DNA of 64,000 bases from Azolla caroliniana (lineage: Eukaryota > Plantae > Polypodiophyta). Location: contig JBHGNT010000016.1 in the NCBI GenBank assembly GCA_043228905.1, positions 11,718,001 through 11,782,000 on the forward strand. The letters run 5' to 3'. How positions within the stretch are numbered: position 1 is the first letter of the stretch; the number at the start of each line of letters is the position of its first letter. Under the pieces are notes generated by a model, which worked only from the letters and a program-made list of their open reading frames with translations, made no database searches and was not told where the DNA came from. Made by a program: the position numbers and the translations under genes. Below are positions 1-12,808 of this stretch, one piece after another.

Positions 1-439
1 AGTAATTCTATGTAAGATGGAATGGAAAGATTTTTGTTGTGGAAATAATCAATGCAAGCAAACATATCACATTTGTTTTGGAGATGGAATAGATGGAAAT
101 TGTAAGTCAAAATCTCCACATTGCATGGTTTATATGAATTAAGTTGATGTTAATGTATACTTGAGGTGGAGTTCATGTCTTGATTGTGTTTTACAAACAT
201 GGTTCTCATGATGATATTGTTTACATATGAGGCCTAATCAAGTCAGTATGCTATAATGATAAATAGACAGCAATGCATATTAACAATAGCCAAAACCCAA
301 TAAAGATGCTCACTTAGTTTGCCAATACACTTGTAAAATGGTGTAGTGTCATAGTAAGTAGTTTAGGAGTTTCACAATTGGCATTGAATAGTGAACACAT
401 TGTACTTACTTGGCAAGTGTGTCATGGGTATATGTTCAG

Positions 440-1480
440 ATGGAGGTTTTGTTAAATTTATGTGGATATATATAACTAAAGAAGACAAGGTGTGTAAACA
501 AAAGGATTTAGTTAGAATGTTTCTCAAACCAAGAGATTTGTCCTCTTTTTTTAGTATCTCTAAAAAAGTTCATTGTGCACAACTTCATTTCTTATGGCAA
601 GCCAATCAGTTCAAGACTTCATATTCGATTTTCCAAATAATATAGTTGTCTCAGTAGTAAGTTTTGCAAAGAATTATACATTTATGGAGCAGAATGAAAT
701 TCAATCCAGACTGGTGGTCAATATAGGCAGCAATTTTTATTCATATAATCTATTATCGAGTTTCAGGTGATGTAAAGAAAGTAATTCATTTCTTTATATC
801 TAATGATGAAGCATGATATTTTGTTTGTCCAACATTGTTTTAAATTACACAGGAAATGGTTGTTGGATCAACATTTGGAGCTTACTCAACATTGGGTTTG
901 GTTTGATCGAATTGCTTCACAATTCAAGGCTAAATGATCATTCTATTTTATTGGGAGGTATCCTTGTGAAATGAGATTGGATATGACATGGAACTTTTTC
1001 GAGCCCGGCAACGGAAAAGGTGAACATGATGGAGTAGGTGCATTTATAAAGCGAGCACTTATTAATGAACAACTAAAGGTCGATGATTTGCATATAAATT
1101 GTGTCACTTGTGTTTACTCATATGTTCGGGATATCAAACGCGTATTTTTAGAAAGTGAGGCTAGATGAAGTAAATAGAGAGAAGACATGGGAGTGCCAAG
1201 GAATCCCTCAACTGCAACCTCTCCACTTTGTTCATGGTTATTCCAAAAATGATGGTCAAAATATTGCAGTTAGAGAATTAACATGTTTTTGCTACCATTG
1301 TGTACAAGGTGATTGGAGGCAATGTCCAAACAAAGCATATATTCATAATTGGGTATAATCATATACCATACACTGGTGGACAAGGAAGCAACTGAAGCAG
1401 AGCTAGAAAACACTCAAAAGGAGTTCACATATTAGGGTTCTAGGACACTCTAAGTGCTATCGTATATGTTGGTGATAATT
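440..1480 (+). pseudogene. Degenerate DNA transposase, Sola2-like (DDD)
   Basis: Motifs in order across broken frames: (D)FAKNYTFMEQNEIQS (~660-710), WVWFD..ASQFK (~893-930), WNFFEPGNGKGEHDGVGAFIKRAL (~988-1060), RELTCFCYHC (~1272-1302). The family call comes from recalled motif similarity, not a search. Confidence 0.55.
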
Positions 1481-1672
1481 TCAGCCCAAGTCCTAGCCTT
1501 CTTCTTCACAGCTCTGCTACCTTCGGCCTTGCTTCCTTGTCATTCGGTTGGCTCAAGTTTTGGCTCTCTCTTTCCGCCGCTCCCCCTACAACCGGCTAGT
1601 CCGCACTTAGCCATTTTAATTCCACTTGTCTTCTTGTTTGACGTGTCCTCGGCCATTAGAGTTATGATCTTA

Positions 1673-2078
1673 TGTAAGCATATGATAAAAGATAGATAAA
1701 TAAGAAAGGAGAGAGAGAAAGAAGGGTGCCGATCCACTCGACCACCCCCGGGATCGAGTCAAACTCGAGCCTCGATGCGGTGGCGTCGAGTTGTACCTGG
1801 TGCTGGCGCACTCGCTACAAGAGTTGACCCACCACAATGTCAGAGTCTCGACGTAGTCGTTAATGTGTCCAATGAGGGTAGCTAGACCTCATATTTATAG
1901 CCAGACCTAAGGCCCCCAGGCAAGTTCACACGTGGCCTAATGGGTTGTCTCAATCCCGAGGATTAAAAGTAATCATCCCTTTCTTTACACTCTCGTTTAA
2001 CCCTCACACGTTATCCATGTGTATAGAATATTACGATAAATTCTCACCACGGGATATTATATGGTCATGCTCGTAACA
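1673..2078 (-). repeat. Probable 3' LTR of gypsy element A
   Basis: Ends ...cgtaaca at 2078, next to a minus-strand polypurine tract (ctccccctcttt 2081-2092). The left boundary (tgtaag at 1673) is tentative because no partner LTR is present. Confidence 0.5.
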
Positions 2079-2080
2079 TA

Positions 2081-4015
2081 CTCCCCCTCTTTAAAACATT
2101 GCACTCTTGCAATGGAAAGTTAGGGAAGTTAGTTCTAAGAGTATTTTCGCATTCCCATGTGGCATCTTTGATAGATTTATCCATCCATTTAATTTTAAAT
2201 TCTCAGATTATTTTAGAACGCAATTTTTTTGTTTAACATCAAGAATTCTTTCAGGTACATGTGGTTTAGAAGATAATTCTTCAGAAGTAACCAGAGTTTC
2301 AGTTGTAACTGTATTGTCGCAAGAACCTAGAAGTTCTTTTAGAAGTCTTACATGAAAAACTGGATGAATTTCAACGCCATCAAGAAGAGCGAGATGATAG
2401 GCCGATGAACTAATGCATTTGAGGGCTGTAAAAGGTTCACAAAACCGTGGGGCTAACTTAGCGCACTTATCTGTAGACAATGTCTTAGAATTGTGAGGTA
2501 CATGTAAAAATACCTTCTATCCAGGGTTGAATACACGAGGTTGCCTGTTATGATCGGCATAAAAACGCACTCTATCTTGAGCAGTTTTTATATTATCTCG
2601 TGCAATATGCAACATATCTTGCATATCCCGAAGAAAGTTTTGCGTACTTCACAACTCATCATGATGTATATTAACATCAATCGGGGCTCGTGGCTGAAAA
2701 CCATACATCAACATAAAAGGACTATATCCCGTCAATGTATGTTTAGAGTTGTTATAAGCAAACTCCAAAATTGGGAGATAACGTTCCCAATTTTTTGGTT
2801 TTGTACCAACATATGCACGGAGCATGTCCTCAATAATTTGAGTTACTCGTTCTGTCTGTCCATTGGATTGAGGATGATCAATGGAGCTCATGCTCAATGT
2901 AGTTTCTAACTTCTTAAAGATTTGCATCAAAAAGTCGCTATTAAACTTTGGATTTTGATCACTCATGATATCCATTGGTAATCCATAAAAATGAAATAAC
3001 TCGTCAATGAATTGATAAGCCAATTCATGAGCTGTTACCGTGGTTTTAGTAGCAATAAATCTAGCCATTTCAGTTAGTCGATCAACCACAACCCAGATGG
3101 CATCATGACCTTTTTGGATGTGAGGAAGGCTAACAATAAAATTCATGCATATACTTTCCCATTTATTATTGGGAATGTCCAAAGGATGTAAAAGTCCAAC
3201 AGCTTTAAGTCGCCCGACTTTGTTAACTTGACACTGGTGACATTTTGTCACATAGCTATGTATGTCAGGACGCATCTTAGGCCAATACAATTGAGTGGAG
3301 ATGAGAACGAGTGTACGATGTATTCCAGGGTGCCCTAATGAGGGTACATCATGACATTAAAAAAGAATTCTCTTTTTGACCTCAGGCAAATTCGGAACAG
3401 AAACCTTCCCATTACGGCAGAGCAAACCGATATCAATGTGGAAGGATTCCTTCGAGGATGTGGTGGTGTTTGTTCCAGACTTAACTCTTGCCCAATATTT
3501 TGCAAAATAACTTCCATCAGGATACTTTCCTCGAAGGTGATGATAAAGATATGATGTTATTTCAGTGAAGCTAAGCATGTTAACTTCACGGATGCGACTT
3601 AGTGCATCAACGATAGTGTTCATGGAACCTTTACGATATCGTATGGAAAAATCAAAGTCCTAGATGAGATCTACCCATCGTGCCTTACGACCTTTCAGGT
3701 CTTGTTGGTCACAAAAATATTTCAAGGACTCGTGGTCCGTAGTTACCACAAAACGATTTCCATAAAGATAATGGCGCCATGTCTTGAGCACATGAATAAC
3801 TGCAAATAATTCCTTTTCTTGAATAGTATACCGACATCGAGCAGAATCAAGTTTCTTACTCTTGATTGCTATTGGTTTACCATCTTGATATAAGACAACA
3901 CCTATAGCATAATCACTTGCGTCGGTTTCAACCTGACAAGGTTTTAAAGGATCTGGTAAAAGAAGTGAAGGAGCCTTGCACACCAAGTCCTTGAGTTCCT
4001 TAAAGGTGAGTTCAG
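2081..4015 (-). mobile_element. Gypsy chromovirus A, degenerate pol 3' half (RNase H, integrase, chromodomain)
   Basis: RNase H ETDASDYAIG...EKELFAV (3660-4028); integrase core (2649-3290); HPVFHV/PERILD chromodomain region (2208-2480). Truncated at ~4015. Confidence 0.85.
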
Positions 4016-4111
4016 TGTAACATTCCACACAATAGGTTTTGTAGACTTACGCGTTTCGAACTTCTCGAATATTCCGAAGTGTGGGCCAAAGTTTGATTTT
4101 CTCAATGCGAG
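4016..4111. repeat. LTR-like fragment beginning TGTAAC, split by element B (continues ~14755-14820)
   Basis: Element A coding stops abruptly at TGTAAC (4016). The TSD of B (GCGAG) joins 4107-4111 to 14750-14754. Confidence 0.35.
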
Positions 4112-4558
4112 TGTCATGATATGGCAAGACTCGAACCCATGACCTTATGGTATATGGGTCGAGCTCTTAACCATCACACCATCTATTGTAATTTGTAGAA
4201 TATTATTTTCATTTATGCTTTATTATAAGAAATTAATGTATATTCCAGATTTCTCTGGAACATTCTAGAAGCTTTAGGACTACTCCTGAGAGCACTATAA
4301 AAGGAGGCACAAGGCATTGTTTTGAACCAAATTGGTTCAACGCCAATCTTAAGCCTCTTAGCCACTTTGTACTTATCCTTCACATAATATATTAGCTGTT
4401 ATCATTATCTCTCTCTCTCTCTCATCCTCGTTATCTCTCTCTCCTCTTCTCTCTCTCTCTCTCTCTCGGGAATCTTACGCAGTCCCGTCCTCTTAGTACT
4501 AATAGTACTTCTCTTCTTTAGTACTAATTCTCTCTCTGCTTTAATACTATTCCTGATA
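4112..4558 (+). repeat. 5' LTR of element B
   Basis: TGTCATGA...TCCTGATA; TATAAAA 4296-4302; matches 14454-14749 and 35484-35928. Confidence 0.92.
4123..4183 (-). promoter_or_regulatory. tRNA-like Pol III internal promoter (A box + B box) inside the LTR
   Basis: Minus strand TGGTGTGATGG (4181-4171), a 33-nt spacer, then GGTTCGAGTC (4137-4128). Confidence 0.6.
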
Positions 4559-4560
4559 GT

Positions 4561-4574
4561 TTGAACCAATTTGG
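4561..4574 (+). promoter_or_regulatory. Self-priming primer binding site of B
   Basis: ttgaaccaatttgg is the exact reverse complement of LTR 4327-4340 (ccaaattggttcaa); there is no TGG-starting tRNA PBS. Confidence 0.75.
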
Positions 4575-5740
4575 GTCCTCAAGTCTACTTATCGTTCTCC
4601 CTCATCCTCCTACCCTTTTCCCTATACTATGGCTACTGTTAGCGCCCAAGAATATCAATCCGTTTTCTTCGAGCTATAATGCCTAAAAGAAAAATTTGTT
4701 GCCTTGGAACAAGAAAACCAACGGCTGATAGGGGATCTGCAACAAATCGCTCTAGAAAAACAACAAACGTAGCAACAACATGGGGAGTTAGCGTTACGGG
4801 TACAACAACTCGAAGCAGAGCATTGCAACAACAAGGATCAAGTCCCCAAGGATTTCATAAAGAGCCGAAGATTAGACTTCCTATGAAATTTAATGGAACA
4901 CGATCGCAATTAAGGGGATTCCTTAATCAGGTACGATTAGTCATCCAAATGCATCCTTCCCGATACCCCACTGATGCATCCCGAGTCGGCCTAATAGGCA
5001 CGTTGCTTAGTGGCTCAACCTTAGCATGGTTTGCTCCGCTTCTAGAAAAACAATCGCCCTTGCTTAATAACTTTGAAGATTTTATTAGTGAGTTTAAAGC
5101 CTGCTTTGGAGACACCGACAACATCAGGACGACAATCAACAAGATCCGACGATTGCGTCAAGGCGATCGTCCAACCTCTGCCTACACGACGGATTTCCGT
5201 CTACTCGCCTCAGATATACCCTGGGATGATTAGGCACTAATGGAGCAGTTTTGCTACGGCTTGCGATGTAAAAGATTTACTTTTAACCTTCCTCGAAGAA
5301 CCAAAATCTCTTACAGAGGCAATTAGTCGAGCGGTTCGATATGACAACCGCCTTTTCGAACGGCGTTCCGAACGTCAATTACAAATACCACGCTCTAGGC
5401 CGGAGCCCACATACGCCTCAGTCGCGGCTAAAGCGTTCGCACGCGACGTACCTCAAGCAAATACTCCGACACCGATGGAGATTGACACCATGTGTCGAGG
5501 TGGCCCGTTATCGGAAGAAGAAAAGCAACGACGCCGTGTGAATCGATTATGTCTTTATTGCGGTGGACCAGGGCATATCGCAATCAATTGTCCCCATAGG
5601 CCAAGAAGACAGGTAAATCAAATTGTAGCATGTACTAAACCCGAGTCAATTCTTCCCTTAGGAGTGTCTGATAGTATTAATAGTACTAATAGCCCAAGTA
5701 TCTCAAACAAATTTGAAATCCTTAGTCAATTAGATGAAGA

Positions 5741-5785
5741 GTTAAACGATTGAGTCCAGCCAAAATACGAGCCGTTTAGTTGGAC
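5741..5785 (+). promoter_or_regulatory. Putative -1 ribosomal frameshift signal (gag-pol) of B
   Basis: G TTA AAC just before the gag stop, followed by a stem gtccagcca (5754-5762) / tagttggac (5777-5785). The protease ORF is in the -1 frame. Confidence 0.6.
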
Positions 5786-6847
5786 AACCCTAGATCTGTA
5801 CAACCCATTAGTGGTTCCATTCCCTCCAAGCAAGTTAGCAATGTGTTCCTAACCCAAGTCATGGTTAGTACTAAAAGTACTCCCCTAGTACAAGTCCTAA
5901 CACTTTTAGATTCCGGAGCCAATTCCTGTTTCATGGATCGAAATTTTCCCCAAGCTTCTCAGATATCCTTAAGAAACTTCCTTGCCTTGCATCTGTAGTA
6001 GTCATTGATGGTCGTCCCATTGCTTCCGGGAATATTGTAGAAGAGTCAGAACCCATTCAGGTTGTCCTAGGTAGTTTTGTGTGTGTAGTATCATTTAATA
6101 TAATTAGTAGTCCAGAGCATCCCATTGTCTTGGGATTACTTTGGTTTGAACTACATAATCCAGACATACATTGGAGAACAAGAGAAGTCCGATATCGACA
6201 ACCCCAAGGATCTACTCATCGAGTTTCGACCATTTCACTACGTGAACTATGCGAAGAAGGACACAAGGAGGCAATGTTCCTATTCGCCATATCAGTACAT
6301 CCTTCCAGCAATATTAAGGAGGAATCCTTAGTGCAACTTCTGGCGAAATATCATCCTTATGCCGACGTATTTGACAAGGTAAAAGCTGGTACTCTTCCTC
6401 ATCATCGTCCCTACGAATCCCTATGATTTACAACCAGGAGTAGAGCCACCATGGGGACCAATCTACAACTTGTAACCCACCGAGTTAGAAGTCCTTCGAG
6501 CCTACATAGAGGAGAACTTGGCAAGCAGGTTTATTCGTCATTCGAAATCTCCGGCCGGAGCACCCATCTTCTTTGTCAAGAAGAAAGATGGCTCACTTCG
6601 TCTGTTCGTTGATTACCGTGGCTTAAATAAAGTCACCATCCGGAATAGGTATGCACTTCCTCTTATATCAAGTCTTTTAGAGCAAGTTAATGGTGCCAAG
6701 TTTTTTACAAAAATCGATCTACGAGGAGCGTATAACCTCGTGCGGATCCGACCGGGAGATGAATGGAAGACCACCTTTCGCAAGCGGTATGGGCATTTCG
6801 AATATACTGTTATGCTGTTCGGTCGAACCAATGCACCCGTAGTCTTC

Positions 6848-6887
6848 TGTAAACGTAAGTGTTTGCAGAAGCGTAAAATAGAGAACA

Positions 6888-6954
<67 letters not shown>

Positions 6955-9900
6955 AGAACACAATTTCAAAATTATATCAAGCCTCCTTAACAACACACTG
7001 TGCTAAGTAGCACTATTTATACAAGTCCTCTTGGGACTGACAGAAGTACCATGTACTTCAATGCTCACACGAGCATCTGACACTTACTACGAGACTATAG
7101 CTACCTAGTGGTCTATCCTATACTAGGCTTCCGATTGGACTGCCGGTTACGGATTGCACCCGGCCTCCACTGCTTGCCGGTTCGGTTGCTCACCGTCATA
7201 CCGATCCGTTTCGCCCGATCCGTCTCGCTTACCGGCTCCGGCTTATTCAGCCGATCCGGCTCCGGTTGAGCTTGCCGCTCAACACTCCCCCTCAAGCTCA
7301 ACCTGAGGTGGGGTCGTAGTGTCGACCTTTGTGGCAGTCGGTTCTTCCAACCGACTTCTCCTGGCGACACTCCGCCTTGCTCGCGCTCCTCGTCCGGTTC
7401 GGTCCCGTTTGCCGCGACCCCTTTGGTTCTGCGTGCCTCGACCCTCTCGGTCAGTATGTCTGCTCAATCGGCCCATCTCAGCAGTCACGTTGCTGTGACT
7501 CCGGCGCTTGCCGATCCGTCGGTTCTCCCACGATGGCATCGACTTCCGCTGTGTCCGTGTCCCCTTGGCCTTCAGTCGATCCGTCTCATCCAGATCCACC
7601 TGTTGATTCGAGTCAGATGTCTCCGACTCGTTTCGGCTCTTGTCAGAATCGGTACACTCCGATTCGACTTCCGGCGTCAGGCCTCTCACCACATTGGACC
7701 ACTTCCGAGTCCTGGCCTTCTCCATGCTTCCCTCGGCTTCTTCAGCCGGTGAACCGAAATCGAATTCTTCATTCGACTCTGTATCATGGTCAGTACCGTC
7801 GTGATGACCTCCGCACAACATGCGCTTCTCTTCCTGAGTGCACAACTCTTCTTCACAGCCGCTTGCTCCGACCTGTTCGGATGTGTCGACTTCCTTCGTC
7901 GACTCAGCTTCCTTCAGCTTCTTGTCTCCTCTTCTTCCGGCTCTCCTCTTACTGACGGGTTCAACAGGTTTTTGGCCTTTGCCCGTTTCGGTAGAGACTT
8001 TGCCCTTGCTTCTCCCCCTCAAGTGCGACACGTCGAGATGCTGAATACCAAGCATGTCGGTAAAGTGCTGCAACTTGTCCCATCCGAGCGGCTTGGTGAA
8101 GATGTTGGCAACTTGCCGATCCGTATGAACATACCGTAGGTCAACTTCACCGTTCAGGACCCGCTCACGCACGAAGTGGTAGTGCACCTTGATGTGCTTT
8201 GTGCGTGCATGGAACATAGGGTTCCTGGCGAGCTGCAGGCTGCTCATGTTATCGCAGTAAATTGGGATCGGGGTCGGTACCTCGATCCATATGTCTCGCA
8301 ACAGTTGCCGAAGCCAGATGGCTTCATAGGTGGCAACGGTAGCGGCCCGGTACTTAACCTCAGTGCTTGACAAAGCCACTGTGGGCTGCTTCTTGCTGCT
8401 CCACACAACGGCCGCGCTACCTATGGAGAACATGTATCCGGAAGTGGAGCGGCGATCAGACGCATCGCCGGCCCATTCAGCATCTGTGTAACGGACAAGC
8501 TCTTCGGGTATACCTCGCCGGTATAGCAGTCCCCGGTCCTTAGTGCCGCTGACATACCGTAATATTCGTTGCGCGCACTGAAGGTGCTCCATGGTCGGCT
8601 TCTGCATGAACTGGCTTACCATGCCGACCGGATAGCTGATGTCGGGTCAGGTGATGGTTAAGTAGATCAGGCTTCCGACAACCTGTCGGAACCGTTTCTC
8701 ATTGCAGGCCGGTCCGGAGTTGGGACGGAGCTTCTGGTTCCGGTCCAGGGGTGTGGAGACAGGTCGGCAATCCGTCATGCTGAACTTATACAACATATTC
8801 AACACGTAATGTCGTTGTGAGAGCAATATGCCGTCAGGGGTCCGGATCACTTCGATCCCAAGAAAATAATGAAGGTCCCCCAGGTCCTTCATTTCGAATG
8901 CTTCCGACAACTGGGACTTGACGCGGTTGATTTCGGGAAGACCCGGTCTGGTGATGACTAAATCATCCACATACAAGAGTATACATACCGGACCGTTAGA
9001 GCCTTGTCGGATGAACAACGAAGAGTCCGACTTAGAGACAACAAACCCCAGCTTACGCAACCGGTGCGTGATCTTCGTGTTCCAAGCTCGGGGGGCTTGC
9101 TTCAAGCCGTAAAGCGACTTCTTCAGTCGGCATACCGCCGACTTGTTCATCTCCGAGTGAAATCTGGGGGGTTGAGTCATAAAGACTTCTTCTTCAAGCT
9201 CACCTTGAAGGAAGGCGTTCTTCACATCCATCTGGTGAAGATGCCACCCCCTTGCCGCAGCAACCGCCAGTACCACACGAACCGTCGTCATCTTCGCCAC
9301 AGGAGCGAAGGTCTCGTCGTAGTCGATTCCGTGGGTCTGCGCGTATCCCTTCGCCACTAACCGGGCTTTGTACCGGTTAACAGAACCATCGGCGTTGTAC
9401 TTGACCTTGTACACCCACTTGCATCCGATCGGTTTACAGTGACGGGGAGGATCAACTAGGTCCCAAGTTTCGTTGGCATCGAGCGCCCGCATTTCTTCAT
9501 CCATAGCGGCATGCCAATTTGCGTCCTTTGCCGCTTCTGCGTAGCTCTCTGGCTCATGCACTTCTGTCACCTTAGTCATGTATGCATAATGATGCACCAT
9601 GTATTCATTGTACCCGTACCGTATGACGGGATCCTTCTGGTGGGTTGATCGGCGCAACGCACCATCACCTGATTTGAGGCCTTTCTTGGCCAATTCGGTA
9701 TTCGTTACTGAAGATCTGCCTTTCTCCTTTCCGGAGTCGGATACACACCGATCCGACTCATCGTTGCCGGTTTCGAATTCCGGCATCTTCCTCTTCCCCT
9801 TCTCTTTGCGCGTGAACCGTTTCCTCGGTTCCTTGCGTGGGGAGAGCACGGCAGAGTCTCCACCACTTGCCGTCTCTTCATCCAACTGGTCCAACCGACT

Positions 9901-12808
9901 CAGTCGCTCGTTCGGTCCACTCAACCGTAACGATTCCGGACTCTCATCTTGAGTCTCGGCTTTATCATCCTCTGCCAGGGCTGATTCAGGCTCATTGGCC
10001 TGATCTTCCGGCATTCGGTTGGGATCGGAAGTCGGAGTCGGTACGGAGTACCAGGATGCCGATTCATCAAACTCGACATCCCGGCTAATTCGGACTTCCT
10101 TCGTCCGGGGGTTATAGCACTTATACCCCTTTTGCTCTTGAGCATAGCCGACTAGGATGCATTTTTCCGATTTTGCATCCAGCTTTCTCCACTTCTGATC
10201 CGGCACATGCACATACGCTATGCTACCAAATATCCGAAGGTGTCTTAAGTTCGGCTTGCGCCCGAAATACAGCTCATGAGCTGACACCTTATCACCAATG
10301 CGGTTTTATATGTAGACGGCCGTCTGGACCGCCTCCGCCCAGTAGAACCGGGGCATGCTCTTCTCCTCCAGCATTGCCCTTGCCGCTTCGACGAGTGTCC
10401 GGTTCTTCCTTTCGGCCACACCGTTTTGCTCCGGTGTGTATCTGCAGCTGAACTCTCGCTGAATTCTCTTCTGCTGTAGATAACTAGTGAATTGGCCGGA
10501 AAAATATTCCTTTCCGCCATCCGACCGAAGGCATTTGATCTTCCTCTCCGATTCCCGTTCCACCATCTTCTGGAGGCTCCGGAAACAGTCGAAGACTTCG
10601 CTCTTCCGCTCAATGAGGTAGATCCAAGTATGTCGAGTAAAGTCATCGATGAAGGAGACGAAGTATCGGCTCCCGCCAAGGCTTACACTTTGTGCCGGTC
10701 CCCACACATCCGAATGGATGAGATCGAGCTTGTTACGGCTTCGGTTCCGTTCGGTGGGGAATGGAAGCCGGTGTTGCTTCCCAAGTTGGCAAGCTTCACA
10801 AATTTCGGCTCTCCGGCCGCTGAACTTCGGCAAACCGAAAACGACTTGTTTCGTTTGCAAGTCTTGAAGCCTCTGGTAGTTGACGTGGCCTATCCGCTTA
10901 TGCCACAGGTCGATGTCCGACTCGACCTTCTGTCGTTCCGCGAACAGAGCGGTGCCAAAGTCATTGGTGTTGAGGATAAACATCCTCCCGTCTCTGCGCC
11001 CTTGCGCAATGACTTCGCCCTCATCCTCAATGAAGCACCTGAGGTGCGTAACCCGCACCTGCATCCCCTGGTCGACAATCTGACCGACGGACATCGGGTT
11101 CTTCGTGATTGTCGGAACGTGTAATACGTTCATCAGCTTCCCTTTCTGTCCTACGTGGCTTAGAGGGACTTCTCCGACGTGCATGATTGGGTGAGGAGTG
11201 TCGTCTCCGGTTTCGACTACTCCTGGTTGATCCGGTTTCTCCAGAAAGGAGAACCACTCTTTGTGGCTTGTCATGTGGTTCGACGCGCCGGAATCAACAT
11301 ACCACACTTCCTCCGTTTTGGAAGTGGTCTTCTTCATTGAGTTTGCCTTGTGATTCATCACCAAGGCTGGCCCCTTACCGGCATTTCCGGTTCCGGATTC
11401 TCCTGATCCGTTTGCGTAGTGCGAGTTTTGCCGGCCATCCTTATTGGTCTTGTCGGATCCGGATTTGTCCGAATGGGCACGCTTTCTCCAGCAGTCACTT
11501 TCCTTGTGGCCTTTTTTGTCACAGTACCAGCATTCCGTAGCGGATTTGTCTTGCCGGCCTCCGGCACCGCCTTGACTCCCCCTGCTTGTGGAAGTCCCGG
11601 AACTGCTGTCGGCACGCTCATAGTGCCTCCGTTCCTGCTCTTGCCGGCCGCCTCCATCGCGTGCCGACCCACCTCTTCCACCACGCCCACGGAGCCGATC
11701 CGTTCCCGTGTACAGCATTTGGCTGTCCGGGGATGCACTGGTAGATGCACCGGCGTGGTTCTCCTCTACAAGGAGCATCGATTGTAAGTCGAAGAATGAG
11801 GGGGTATTCTCCCTTGTACACACCGCAATCTGGAACGCTCCGAACTTGGATGCCAGGCCTCCGAGACATACCTGCACCATCTCGTCTTCTTCTACGGTAA
11901 CATTGATAGAGGCGAGCGAGTCGCAGATCTCCTTTATCCGGCCCGTGTAGTCTGCCACGAACATGTTCTTCTGTCGAACATTGCTCAACTCCTGTCTGAG
12001 TTGCAGCTTCCGGGCAGTGGTGCTTGCGGCGAAAACCTTTTTCAGGTTCCCCCAAGCATCCTTCGGTGTCTTGGCGTCACGGATGTGGCTGAGCAACTGA
12101 TCGCCGACACTGGACGCGAAGCAGTACATCACCTTGCTTGCCGCCTGTTCCCATACCGGGAAGTCCTTGTGTGCCGTGTCTGGCGCCGCATCATTCGCTC
12201 CTTCGACATAACTCCAGTACCCGTGTCCAAGCAGGTACTGGTGCATCTGGTAAGACCAGGATGCGTAGTTGCTCCTCTCGAGCTTCTCCACCGGGAGCGA
12301 CGTAGCCATGCCTCTATCCATGTCTTCTACTGTGTCTGTTTTTGACCTGTTAGGGTTTTCCTCTCAAGAGTAAATGTCTGCAGCAGAGGTTCTCAACCCT
12401 CGTGCTCTGATACCATGTAAACGTAAGTGTTTGCGGAAGCATAAAACAGAGAACAACACAGAGAGAGAGAGAGAGAGCAGAACACAATTTCAAAATTATA
12501 TCAAGACTCCTTAACAACACACTGTGCTAAGTAGCACTATTTATACAAGTCCTCTTGGGACTGACAGAAGTACCATGTACTTCAATGCTCACACGAGCAT
12601 CTGACACTTACTACGAGACTATAGCTACCTAGTGGTCTATCCTATACTAGGCTTCCGATTGGACTGCCGGTTACGGATTGCACCCGGCCTCCACTGCTTG
12701 CCAGTTCGGTTGCTCACCGTCATACCGATCCATTTCGCCCGATCCGTCTCGCTTACCGGCTCCGGCTTATTCAGCCGATCCAGCTATGGTTGAGCTTGCC
12801 GCTCAACA
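6848..12808 (-). mobile_element. Ty1/copia element C, full length
   Basis: LTRs 6848-7284 and 12416-12808; TSD TCTTC; PBS-iMet 12404-12415; PPT 7285-7296. Confidence 0.96.
7279..12321 (-). pseudogene. Gag-pol polyprotein of C (one frame, two premature stops, C-terminal extension)
   Basis: ORFs 10306-12321, 8647-10287 and 7279-8622 are in the same frame. Gag CCHC, VDSGAS, integrase, RT YVDD and RNase H are present. Stops at 10306-10308 and 8647-8649 fit CAA>TAA and CGA>TGA. Confidence 0.92.

Noticed and set aside
4123-4183. A functional tRNA gene
   Set aside because: There is no convincing acceptor or anticodon stem; only the A/B boxes and T arm remain, so it is reported as tRNA-like.
6518-7006. 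RT ORF ending in poly-(ER)
   Set aside because: It is read-through from B's RT into C's LTR microsatellite.
7329-12345. Many 100-210 aa ORFs antisense to or overlapping the copia pol (also in D, F, H and J)
   Set aside because: They are shadow ORFs of GC-rich, codon-biased coding sequence with no recognisable domains.
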